DNA of 37,144 nt from Eubacteriales bacterium (lineage in GTDB: Bacteria > Bacillota > Clostridia > Oscillospirales > CAG-272), in NCBI GenBank assembly GCA_045633385.1, contig JAZQYE010000225.1, positions 1 to 37,144 on the forward strand, read 5' to 3'. The notes under the pieces were generated by a model. The model worked only from the letters and a program-made list of their open reading frames with translations, had not been told where the DNA came from and searched no databases. This document shows, in pieces, positions 15,803 through 23,587 of this stretch; the first letter of the stretch is position 1, and the number at the start of each line of letters is the position of its first letter. The position numbers and the translations under genes are program-made.

Positions 15803-16501
15803 TTGAACCGAGTGTATCGGGAAGAGAAAAAGTTTTTGATCAACGTTGAAGATTTCCGCAGGCACGCACATCACCTGGAGCAGGTCTTAACACAGGACGA
15901 ACACAACGGCGCATTCGGTTACCGCGTTCGGTCGCTGTATTTTGATACGATATACGATAACGATTATTTTGAAAAGCTGGACGGCGTGGAGCTGCGGCGA
16001 AAGATCCGTCTTCGTATTTACGATCCGAGCAACGACTTTGCACTGTTGGAAATGAAGCAAAAGCAGGGGCAATATCAGCTCAAGCGCTCGCTCCGAGTCA
16101 CACGCGCGGATGCCGAGGAGCTGATCATGGGCAATTACACGCCGCTTTTAAAATACCGCGAGGATTTTGCCGCCGAGTGCTACGCGTTGATGCAGTCGCA
16201 GATCTATCGCCCCAAAACGGTGGTGGAATACAACCGCAAGGCGTTTGTGGCAAAGGAGAACAAGATCCGCATCACCTTTGACAATCAGATCGTATCTACC
16301 GAGAGCGATTGGAATATTTTTGCCAAGGATCTGAACATGAACGCCGTGCTGGATCCCTTCCACGTGGTGTTGGAGGTCAAATTCAACGGCTTTTTGCTGG
16401 ATTATATCAAGGATCTTTTGGCAAGCACGCAAAAAAGCGAGCTTTCTGTCAGTAAGTATATGCTTGTACGCCAAGCATCATATAAATACAACGTATTATA
16501 A
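15803..16501 (+). CDS. VTC-domain protein (PF09359-like, polyphosphate-polymerase / CYTH-like tunnel fold)
   Basis: 232 aa with a TTG start (alternative GTG at 15812). YREEKKFLI, YRVRSLYFDT, ELRRKIRLRIYD and LEMKQKQG match the conserved basic-tunnel strands of VTC domains. No TM segment or signal peptide. Confidence 0.8.
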   Translation: MNRVYREEKKFLINVEDFRRHAHHLEQVLTQDEHNGAFGYRVRSLYFDTIYDNDYFEKLDGVELRRKIRLRIYDPSNDFALLEMKQKQGQYQLKRSLRVTRADAEELIMGNYTPLLKYREDFAAECYALMQSQIYRPKTVVEYNRKAFVAKENKIRITFDNQIVSTESDWNIFAKDLNMNAVLDPFHVVLEVKFNGFLLDYIKDLLASTQKSELSVSKYMLVRQASYKYNVL

Positions 16502-16519
16502 CAAGGAGTTTACAGTAGC

Positions 16520-17197
16520 ATGAATGACAAGATTTTAGAGCTGTTTGGGGGACAAAATAATTTGACCTGGCAGGTTATTTTGATGAATATCCTGTTTTCT
16601 GCCTTTTTGGGCGTAATCATTTACCTCTCTTATTACCTGACGCATCGCGGAACCATTTACAGCAAAAAGTTTAACGTTTCGCTGGTGGTGCTCACCGTTC
16701 TCACGGGTACGGTCATGACGGTCATCGGCAACAACCTGGCGCTCTCGCTCGGTATGGTCGGTGCGCTCTCTATCGTTCGTTTCCGTACGGCGATCAAGGA
16801 TGCGCGCGATACGATGTATATCTTTTGGGCGATCATCGTTGGTATCTGCTGCGGTGTCAGCGACTTTTTGGTATCCTCCATCGGCAGTGCCGTTGTTTTT
16901 CTCATTCTGTTTATCTTCCATTCGATCAAAAACGACAAGAGAATGCTGTTGATCATTCGTGCAAAGCGCGATCTCGGCGAGCCGATCCAAGCCGCAGTAT
17001 TCAATTTGTTTGACCGCAAGGCTGTTTTGCGCGTGCGCAACACCACACAGGATCGCGTGGAGATGATCTACGAGATCTCCTCCGAGCTGTTGCAACACGC
17101 CGAAAGAGGTAAGCACAGCGTATGCGATAAGATCTATGAGCTTGGCGAGATCGAATACGTCAACATCGTCATGCAAAACGACGAGATCTCCGGTTGA
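16520..17197 (+). CDS. DUF4956-family integral membrane protein
   Basis: 225 aa with 4-5 hydrophobic segments. GALSIVRFRTAIKDARDTMYIFWAIIVGICCG is the hallmark DUF4956 block. The soluble C-terminal tail is about 90 aa. Confidence 0.8.
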   Translation: MNDKILELFGGQNNLTWQVILMNILFSAFLGVIIYLSYYLTHRGTIYSKKFNVSLVVLTVLTGTVMTVIGNNLALSLGMVGALSIVRFRTAIKDARDTMYIFWAIIVGICCGVSDFLVSSIGSAVVFLILFIFHSIKNDKRMLLIIRAKRDLGEPIQAAVFNLFDRKAVLRVRNTTQDRVEMIYEISSELLQHAERGKHSVCDKIYELGEIEYVNIVMQNDEISG

Positions 17198-17201
17198 TTG
17201 A

Positions 17202-18689
17202 ATGAAATACCGTATTTTAGGAATTGTGATCGCGCTCTCCCTGTGTCTTTCCGTGTTTGGTGCATTTGCGTATGCACAGTATCAGCCAACGGGGAACGGG
17301 ACGCGATACCATCAGCATTTGGAGGCAGAGCAAAAGCCTGCCTGCGAGCATACCGACGGCAGCTTTTGTACGCACTTGCCCTTGATCGAGATCAATACCG
17401 AGGGTGGGGAAGAGGTGCCCGGTAAATTCTATATTGACGAAAACCAAAAGGAGCAACCGACCCTTTCCGCAAGCGGCGAAACCTACGTGATGGCAAGCGT
17501 CAATATTTTTGATAACGCCACGCAAAACAATCACCTGACCGATGCGGCAAGCGACACGGGAAGCGTGCGCATCAAGGTGCGCGGAAACTCCTCGCGCTAC
17601 CACGATAAGCTCGGATACACTCTGACCTTTGTGGATGAGGCAGGCGAAAACGAATCCCACGCCGTTATGGGCATGGACGCACACCACGAGTGGGCAATGC
17701 ACGGCCCTTTTCTGGATAAAACGCTCATTCGCAACTATATGTGGTACAACATTTCGGGCGAGCTGATGGACTATGCGCCCAACGTCCGCTTTTGCGAGGC
17801 GTTTCTCAACGGCGAATACATTGGCGTGTACGTGATGGTGGAGACCATTACGGCAGGGCAGGTGGCGGACTCGCGCCTGGATCTGTCGGTTCAAAAAAAG
17901 GATCAGACCTTTACGGGCTACTGCATTCGTATGGACCGCGGAAGCTCCGAGCTGAAGAATCTGGACACCTTTTTAAACTACACCCTGCGCAATCGGCAGA
18001 CCATTGATATCGTATATCCCGGAACCTCCAATCTCACGCCCGAGATCAAGCGTGCGATCGAGCAGGATTTTTCTCACTTTGAGCGCAACTTGTACTCCTT
18101 TGACTACGGCGACGAGACCTACGGCTACCCGAGCTTTATCGACGTTGATTCCTTTGTGGATTATTTTTTGATCAACGAGTTCACCTCAAACTACGATGCG
18201 GGCTGGCTCTCGACCTACGTTTACAAGGATATTGACGGCAAGCTTGACCTGTGCGTATGGGATTTTAACTCGGCGTGCGATAACTACAAGGACGGCGCAA
18301 TGGATCTGACCGATTTTCAAACGCATTATCAACTATGGTTCGTTATGCTGGTCAAATCTCCCGAATTTACCGAGCGGATCATCGAGCGGTACAAGGAGCT
18401 GCGCCGTACCTATTTCAGCGAGGAGTATCTCAACCGCTACATCGAACAGACCGTTGCGTATCTGGGAGATGCGGTCGAGCGCAATTTTGAAAAGTGGGGC
18501 TACACCTTTGAGGAGGGCAATGGACTGCTCGTTCCCGCAGAGCGCAACGTTCACTCCTACGAGGAGGCGTTGGAGCAGCTGCGCTCCTACATTGAGGTGC
18601 GCGGAGAATGGATGGATGCCAATATCGACAGCCTGCGCCAATACTCGAGCGAATCCAGAAACAAAAAACAAAACGAATCGAGGCGGTGA
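17202..18689 (+). CDS. CotH-family atypical kinase-fold protein (PF08757-like), secreted or membrane-anchored
   Basis: Starts 4 nt after the previous stop. N-terminal signal/anchor MKYRILGIVIALSLCLSVFGAFAYA. IKVRGNSSR, DKTLIRNYMWY, LNGEYIGVYVMVE and VWDFNSACDN match CotH family blocks. Confidence 0.85.
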   Translation: MKYRILGIVIALSLCLSVFGAFAYAQYQPTGNGTRYHQHLEAEQKPACEHTDGSFCTHLPLIEINTEGGEEVPGKFYIDENQKEQPTLSASGETYVMASVNIFDNATQNNHLTDAASDTGSVRIKVRGNSSRYHDKLGYTLTFVDEAGENESHAVMGMDAHHEWAMHGPFLDKTLIRNYMWYNISGELMDYAPNVRFCEAFLNGEYIGVYVMVETITAGQVADSRLDLSVQKKDQTFTGYCIRMDRGSSELKNLDTFLNYTLRNRQTIDIVYPGTSNLTPEIKRAIEQDFSHFERNLYSFDYGDETYGYPSFIDVDSFVDYFLINEFTSNYDAGWLSTYVYKDIDGKLDLCVWDFNSACDNYKDGAMDLTDFQTHYQLWFVMLVKSPEFTERIIERYKELRRTYFSEEYLNRYIEQTVAYLGDAVERNFEKWGYTFEEGNGLLVPAERNVHSYEEALEQLRSYIEVRGEWMDANIDSLRQYSSESRNKKQNESRR

Positions 18690-18697
18690 TCTGAGAC

Positions 18698-20866
18698 ATG
18701 AAAAAATATCTGATACTTGTCGCCGTACTGATCGCACTCGTTTTGCTCGGAGACGCGCTTTATTACCGCGTGGGACTGTATATTCCTTGCAGTACCAATG
18801 AGCCGGTCAGCGTGATCTCCAAGATCGAGGACGGGCAGATCACGCAAAAAAAGCCCGACGGCAGCTACGAGATCATTGAGATCAAGGGCGTGAATATGGG
18901 TTCGGGTGTTCCGGGCTACTGGTCCACCGAGTTCCATATTGACAAGGAGACCTATTTGCGTTGGTTTGGTATGATCCAGGATATGGGGGCAAACGTTATT
19001 CGCGTTTACACCATTTTGTCGGAGGATTTTTACAACGCCTTTTACGAGTACAACAACGGGCGTGAGGAGCCGCTGTATCTGATCCAAGGCGTTTGGGTCA
19101 ACGATTACGTGCTGAACTCGCACCACAACATTTACGACGATGCTTTTTGTGAAAACTTTTACACCCACTGCAAAACGGTGGTGGACGTGATTCACGGAGA
19201 AAAAAAGATCTATAAAAATCAATTGCACAGTGCCGGCTACGGCTCTTACCTCAACGACGTTTCGGATTGGGTGCTGGGCTATATCTGGGGCGTTGAATGG
19301 GAGGACCTGACGGTTGCCTATTCCAACGACTATTACAAGGAGCAATCCGAATACAACTCCTATGCGGGAAAGTATCTGTCTTCCTCCGAGGACGCAAACG
19401 CCTTTGAGGTCATGCTTACCATGGTGGGCGACCGCACGCTCGAGTACGAGATGAAGCGCTACCGTGAGCAACGCGTGTTTGCATTTTCCAACTGGGTGAC
19501 TACCGACCCCTTTGATTATCCCGAAGAGGTCGCACGGCAGTTTTCCAAGTGTAGCAAGGTGGATATCGAAAACATTCAATGCAGTAACGAGGTTTTGTCG
19601 GGTCAGTTTGCATCCTACCACGTTTACCCCTACTATCCCGACTATTTGAATCTGTTCAGCGACGAGGAGTGGGAAACGCTTGAGATCGGAGACCGCTCCC
19701 TGTACGCCACCGAGGACGGCAAGACCAACACCTATCTTGCCTACCTGCAATGCCTGACCAATTACCACACCGTTCCCGTGCTGATTTCTGAGTTTGGCGT
19801 TTCGACGGGTCGCGGCATTGCCCAAATCGACCCCAACACGGGCAGAAACCAGGGTAATATGTCCGAGCAGGAGCAGGGCGAGGCTTTGGTCTCCTGTTAT
19901 CAGGATATTATGAAGAGCGGCTGTATCGGCGGTTGTGCCTTTATCTGGCAGGACGAGTGGTTCAAGCGTACGTGGAATACCATGTACTCGGTCGATCTCG
20001 AACGCACGCCGTATTGGTCGGATTATCAAACAAACGAGCAATACTTCGGTCTGCTTTCCTTTGACCCCGGCGAGGAGAAAAGCGTTTGCTACGTGGACGG
20101 TGATATTTCGGAATGGACCGAGCGTGACGTTGTTGCGCAAAACGCCGACGGCAGCAGTATTTCGATGAAGTACGATGAAAGATTCGTATATCTGATGGTG
20201 AAAAAGAGCGGATTTTCGATCGATAACGACAAGCTCTATATCCCCATTGACACCACGCAAAAGTCGGGAAGCAACTATGCCGCAGGCGAGAACGTTAAAT
20301 TTGATCGCGCCGCCGACTTTTTGCTGGTGCTGGACGGAAAAGAGAACTCGCGCTTGCTGGTGCAGGAGCGTTATGAAGCACTGCGCGCCAACTATTCCAA
20401 AGAGGTGTACGGCTTTAACACCTATTACGAGGGCAACGTTCCCGCCGCAGATTCGCCGCAATTTCGCGAGATCTATCTTGTTTTGCAGCTGGAGTCGGAG
20501 GAGGGAACCGAAAACAGCAAATTCCATACGGGTCTTTTGACCTACGGAAATGCAAATCCCGTTTCGGACGAGTTTAATTCGCTTGCCGATTTTTGCGCAG
20601 GTGACGGCTACGTTGAGATCAAGCTCCCGTGGCAGCTGCTCAACTTTATGGATCCTTCCCGTATGATGATCCATGACGATTACTACGAGCACTACGGTTT
20701 GGAGGCAATTGCAATCGACCGTATTTATCTTGGTCTTGGCGACGGTACGGAATCGCGTATCGAAATGAAAGACACCAAATTGAAGGCGTGGGATAACAAG
20801 GTAACCTCCCACGAGCGCCTCAAGGCGTCTTATTACATCTTACAAGCCTTTTGGAAAGAGGACTAA
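18698..20866 (+). CDS. Membrane-anchored extracytoplasmic (beta/alpha)8 glycoside-hydrolase-like protein (clan GH-A-like motifs)
   Basis: 722 aa. N-terminal TM anchor LILVAVLIALVLLG. IKGVNMG, MGANVIRVYTI, CSNEV...SYHVYPYYP and LISEFGVS follow the order of GH-A strand-end motifs (NE acid/base, H-x-Y, E nucleophile). The family was not identified. Confidence 0.7.
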   Translation: MKKYLILVAVLIALVLLGDALYYRVGLYIPCSTNEPVSVISKIEDGQITQKKPDGSYEIIEIKGVNMGSGVPGYWSTEFHIDKETYLRWFGMIQDMGANVIRVYTILSEDFYNAFYEYNNGREEPLYLIQGVWVNDYVLNSHHNIYDDAFCENFYTHCKTVVDVIHGEKKIYKNQLHSAGYGSYLNDVSDWVLGYIWGVEWEDLTVAYSNDYYKEQSEYNSYAGKYLSSSEDANAFEVMLTMVGDRTLEYEMKRYREQRVFAFSNWVTTDPFDYPEEVARQFSKCSKVDIENIQCSNEVLSGQFASYHVYPYYPDYLNLFSDEEWETLEIGDRSLYATEDGKTNTYLAYLQCLTNYHTVPVLISEFGVSTGRGIAQIDPNTGRNQGNMSEQEQGEALVSCYQDIMKSGCIGGCAFIWQDEWFKRTWNTMYSVDLERTPYWSDYQTNEQYFGLLSFDPGEEKSVCYVDGDISEWTERDVVAQNADGSSISMKYDERFVYLMVKKSGFSIDNDKLYIPIDTTQKSGSNYAAGENVKFDRAADFLLVLDGKENSRLLVQERYEALRANYSKEVYGFNTYYEGNVPAADSPQFREIYLVLQLESEEGTENSKFHTGLLTYGNANPVSDEFNSLADFCAGDGYVEIKLPWQLLNFMDPSRMMIHDDYYEHYGLEAIAIDRIYLGLGDGTESRIEMKDTKLKAWDNKVTSHERLKASYYILQAFWKED

Positions 20867-20891
20867 AACGTGATTTTGGAAAGGAGCTATT

Positions 20892-22157
20892 ATGATTGAA
20901 ACACTGCTATGGATCTATATTGCGGTCTGTTTGTCGCTGATTTTTTTTCAATGCCTGTTTATTGCAATCATCGCGCTCCGTTCCTATTTTGACCGTCGCG
21001 TGATAGAGCGCAGGTATCGGGAGATCGTCGGTCAGCTTGAGCGGATCTCCCTCAACCAGCCCGTTGCCGACGAGCATCAAAGCTTTTTGAAAAAAGAGCT
21101 CTTTCTTACCCCTTCGCTCTATTGCTACGAAAAGGCGTTGCGTCGGGTGTTTGACGAGATTGAAAACGGTACGCTTGCTTTGCGCGACCCGAACGAGATC
21201 ACAAACGTGATCATCGATATTCGTCACCGTGCCAAAAAAGGGGACGAGAGATCCAGAGGACACTCTAAGATCCGCATGAAGCTGCGCCCCAAAAAGTCGC
21301 TGATCCAACCGCTTGCCAAGGAGCTTGCGGAGCGCTATTTGGGTGAATATGTTCGCCAAACCGCCCCTGCCATCGTTTCTTTGACCGCATCCTATCGCAA
21401 AAAGGACAATATCGTTCACCTGTTTTACATATTCATGCTCAAAAAGTACGGCTATTTACGCCATTGCTACACGTCTGAGCTGGTTGCAAATTTGCGCGAT
21501 TTGTTAGACGACGGCGATTCGGTTTGCGCCGAGGGAATCCTGTTGGCAGTGTATCAGATCGGAGATCCCCACATTACGCTGGACGTTTTACGGCAGGTCG
21601 ATCAAATAGACCGATTCCTGCACCCCAAAATCGTCAGTGACGGATTGCTTTCGTTTGCGGGCGATGCGCTGTCTTGGCAAAAGCTGATGCTGGAGCACTT
21701 GCACGAGTTTTCGGAAACGATGCAGGTCAATCTGCTCAACTACCTGCGCTTTGCGTCGGGTGACCACTGCGAGCGCGTTTTGCAGATGCTTCAAAACGAA
21801 GAGACTTATGACGAGGTGCGTTTTTCCTGCATTCGTTATTTCGGCAAATATCCCTATGAGCCCGCTTACGATCTGCTTGCCGCGTTTGCCGCAGGCATTC
21901 CCGAACAGCGCATCGAATACGCTATCGTTGCGCTTGCCGTTCTCCGACGCTACCCGCGTCAGCGAACGATCGATATTTTGCGTGCACAAATCGGCAGCTT
22001 CAATTGGTTCGTTCGTTACAACGCGACCGAAAGTCTGGAGACCCTTGGCATCGAATATCAGGATCTGGTCGATATTTTTGACGGTAAGGATCGCTTTGCA
22101 AGAGATATGCTGCAATATCAATTCGACCAAAGATATATTCTTGACGGGGAGGTTTGA
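20892..22157 (+). CDS. Membrane-anchored hypothetical protein with HEAT/PBS-lyase-like repeats (tentative)
   Basis: RBS AAAGGAG. N-terminal TM LLWIYIAVCLSLIFFQCLFIAIIAL. Helical-repeat character, e.g. NWFVRYNATESLETLG resembles the VRxxAAxALG HEAT-like unit. Confidence 0.7.
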   Translation: MIETLLWIYIAVCLSLIFFQCLFIAIIALRSYFDRRVIERRYREIVGQLERISLNQPVADEHQSFLKKELFLTPSLYCYEKALRRVFDEIENGTLALRDPNEITNVIIDIRHRAKKGDERSRGHSKIRMKLRPKKSLIQPLAKELAERYLGEYVRQTAPAIVSLTASYRKKDNIVHLFYIFMLKKYGYLRHCYTSELVANLRDLLDDGDSVCAEGILLAVYQIGDPHITLDVLRQVDQIDRFLHPKIVSDGLLSFAGDALSWQKLMLEHLHEFSETMQVNLLNYLRFASGDHCERVLQMLQNEETYDEVRFSCIRYFGKYPYEPAYDLLAAFAAGIPEQRIEYAIVALAVLRRYPRQRTIDILRAQIGSFNWFVRYNATESLETLGIEYQDLVDIFDGKDRFARDMLQYQFDQRYILDGEV

Positions 22158-22159
22158 GA

Positions 22160-23575
22160 GTGAAATACGATTTTATCAACGCCGTGGCGGAATTTTTAAA
22201 GGGTATTACGGTTGGCTACGGTACGTATCTTGTTCTTTATTCCACCTTTCTGTTCGTTGCGGTCATCGTAGGTGCGCTGGTTCTGTATTACCGTAATAAG
22301 CGCATGCGGTACCAGAACGTAGTGGAGAATGAGTATCAGATCCCCATTACCATCGTCGTTCCCGCTTATAACGAGGAGGTCACGGTCGTAGAGACGGTAA
22401 AGTCTCTTTTGACGCTTGAGTATCGCTCCTACGAGATCATCGTTGTGGACGATGGCTCCAAGGATAATACCTCGGGCGTTTTGCGCGAGGCATTCGATAT
22501 GCACCCCGTGCGCCGACCGATCCGCAAGCAGATACCCTGTAAGGACGTTGACACGATTTACGAGTGCTTTACCGAAAAGGTTCCGCTCGTGCTGGTCAGA
22601 AAGATCAACGGCGGAAAGGCAGACGCCTTGAATATGGGAATCAACGCCTCCAGATTTCCGTACTTTATTTGTATGGACGCCGACTCCGTTTTGCAGGCAG
22701 ATTCCTTAATTCGCATTACCCGTCCCGTAATCGAAAACGACGATATCGTTGCCGTTGGCGGCGTGGTACGTCCCTGTAACGACGTCGAATTGGAGGGCGG
22801 ACGCGTCAAGCACTATCAGCTCCCCAAAAACCTGGTGGCTTGTATGCAGGTCGTGGAGTACGACCGCTCGTTTTTGGCTACCCGTATCCTCTTTGACCAA
22901 TTCAACGGCTCTCTCATTATTTCGGGCGCGTTTGGATTGTTCAAAAAAGAAGCCGTCATTGCCGTGGGTGGCTACGACAGCAAAACGATGGGTGAGGATA
23001 TGGAGCTTGTAGTCGATCTTCACAAATACTGTACGGCAAACAAAAAGCCCTACGCGATCAAGTATGCAACCGATGCGGTTTGCTGGACGCAAGCTCCCGA
23101 ACGCTTAAAGGACCTTTGTAAGCAACGCAAGCGTTGGCATCTCGGACTTTTTCAAACGCTGATGAAGCATCGCTCCATGGCAACCGATTTCAAAAGCGGC
23201 CCCGTCAGCTTTATTTCCTATGCGTATTTCTTTATTTACGAGTTTTTGTCACCCTTTATCGAGTTTTTCGGCTTGATCGTTACGTTCTTATCTCTTGTTG
23301 CCAAGCTGATCAACTTTAAATTCTTTTTGATGTTTACCGCAATTTACGCATTGTTTGGCGCGGCACTGACGCTGACCTCGTTTTTTGCGCGAACACAGAC
23401 CTCCGAGATCAAGCTGACCGTGCGCGACGTTGCAAAAGCGGCTTTGATGTGTTTGCTGGAGATCGTTTTTATGCACAACGTTATGACGTACGTGCGCGCC
23501 ACCGCCTTTATCGGCTACCGTAAAAAGAAGCTGCAATGGGGACGGATCGAGCGAAAGAAAATCAACTTAAAGTAA
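22160..23575 (+). CDS. Processive family-2 glycosyltransferase (IcaA/PgaC/BcsA-like polysaccharide synthase)
   Basis: ORF track 22154..23575 (TTG). GTG 22160 is preferred (GGGGAGG 7 nt upstream). VVDDGSKDNT, CMDADS, GEDMEL and QRKRW (23123-23137) form the D,D,D,QxxRW signature. N-terminal TM plus about four C-terminal TM segments; no PilZ domain. Confidence 0.88.
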   Translation: MKYDFINAVAEFLKGITVGYGTYLVLYSTFLFVAVIVGALVLYYRNKRMRYQNVVENEYQIPITIVVPAYNEEVTVVETVKSLLTLEYRSYEIIVVDDGSKDNTSGVLREAFDMHPVRRPIRKQIPCKDVDTIYECFTEKVPLVLVRKINGGKADALNMGINASRFPYFICMDADSVLQADSLIRITRPVIENDDIVAVGGVVRPCNDVELEGGRVKHYQLPKNLVACMQVVEYDRSFLATRILFDQFNGSLIISGAFGLFKKEAVIAVGGYDSKTMGEDMELVVDLHKYCTANKKPYAIKYATDAVCWTQAPERLKDLCKQRKRWHLGLFQTLMKHRSMATDFKSGPVSFISYAYFFIYEFLSPFIEFFGLIVTFLSLVAKLINFKFFLMFTAIYALFGAALTLTSFFARTQTSEIKLTVRDVAKAALMCLLEIVFMHNVMTYVRATAFIGYRKKKLQWGRIERKKINLK

Positions 23576-23587
23576 GGAGGAGAGACC

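Noticed and set aside
18587-20812. 741-aa minus-strand ORF
   Set aside because: Antisense to the 722-aa GH-like CDS (18698-20866). That CDS has an RBS, a TM anchor and ordered glycosidase-like motifs, and fits the operon spacing. The minus ORF would collide with the neighbouring genes.
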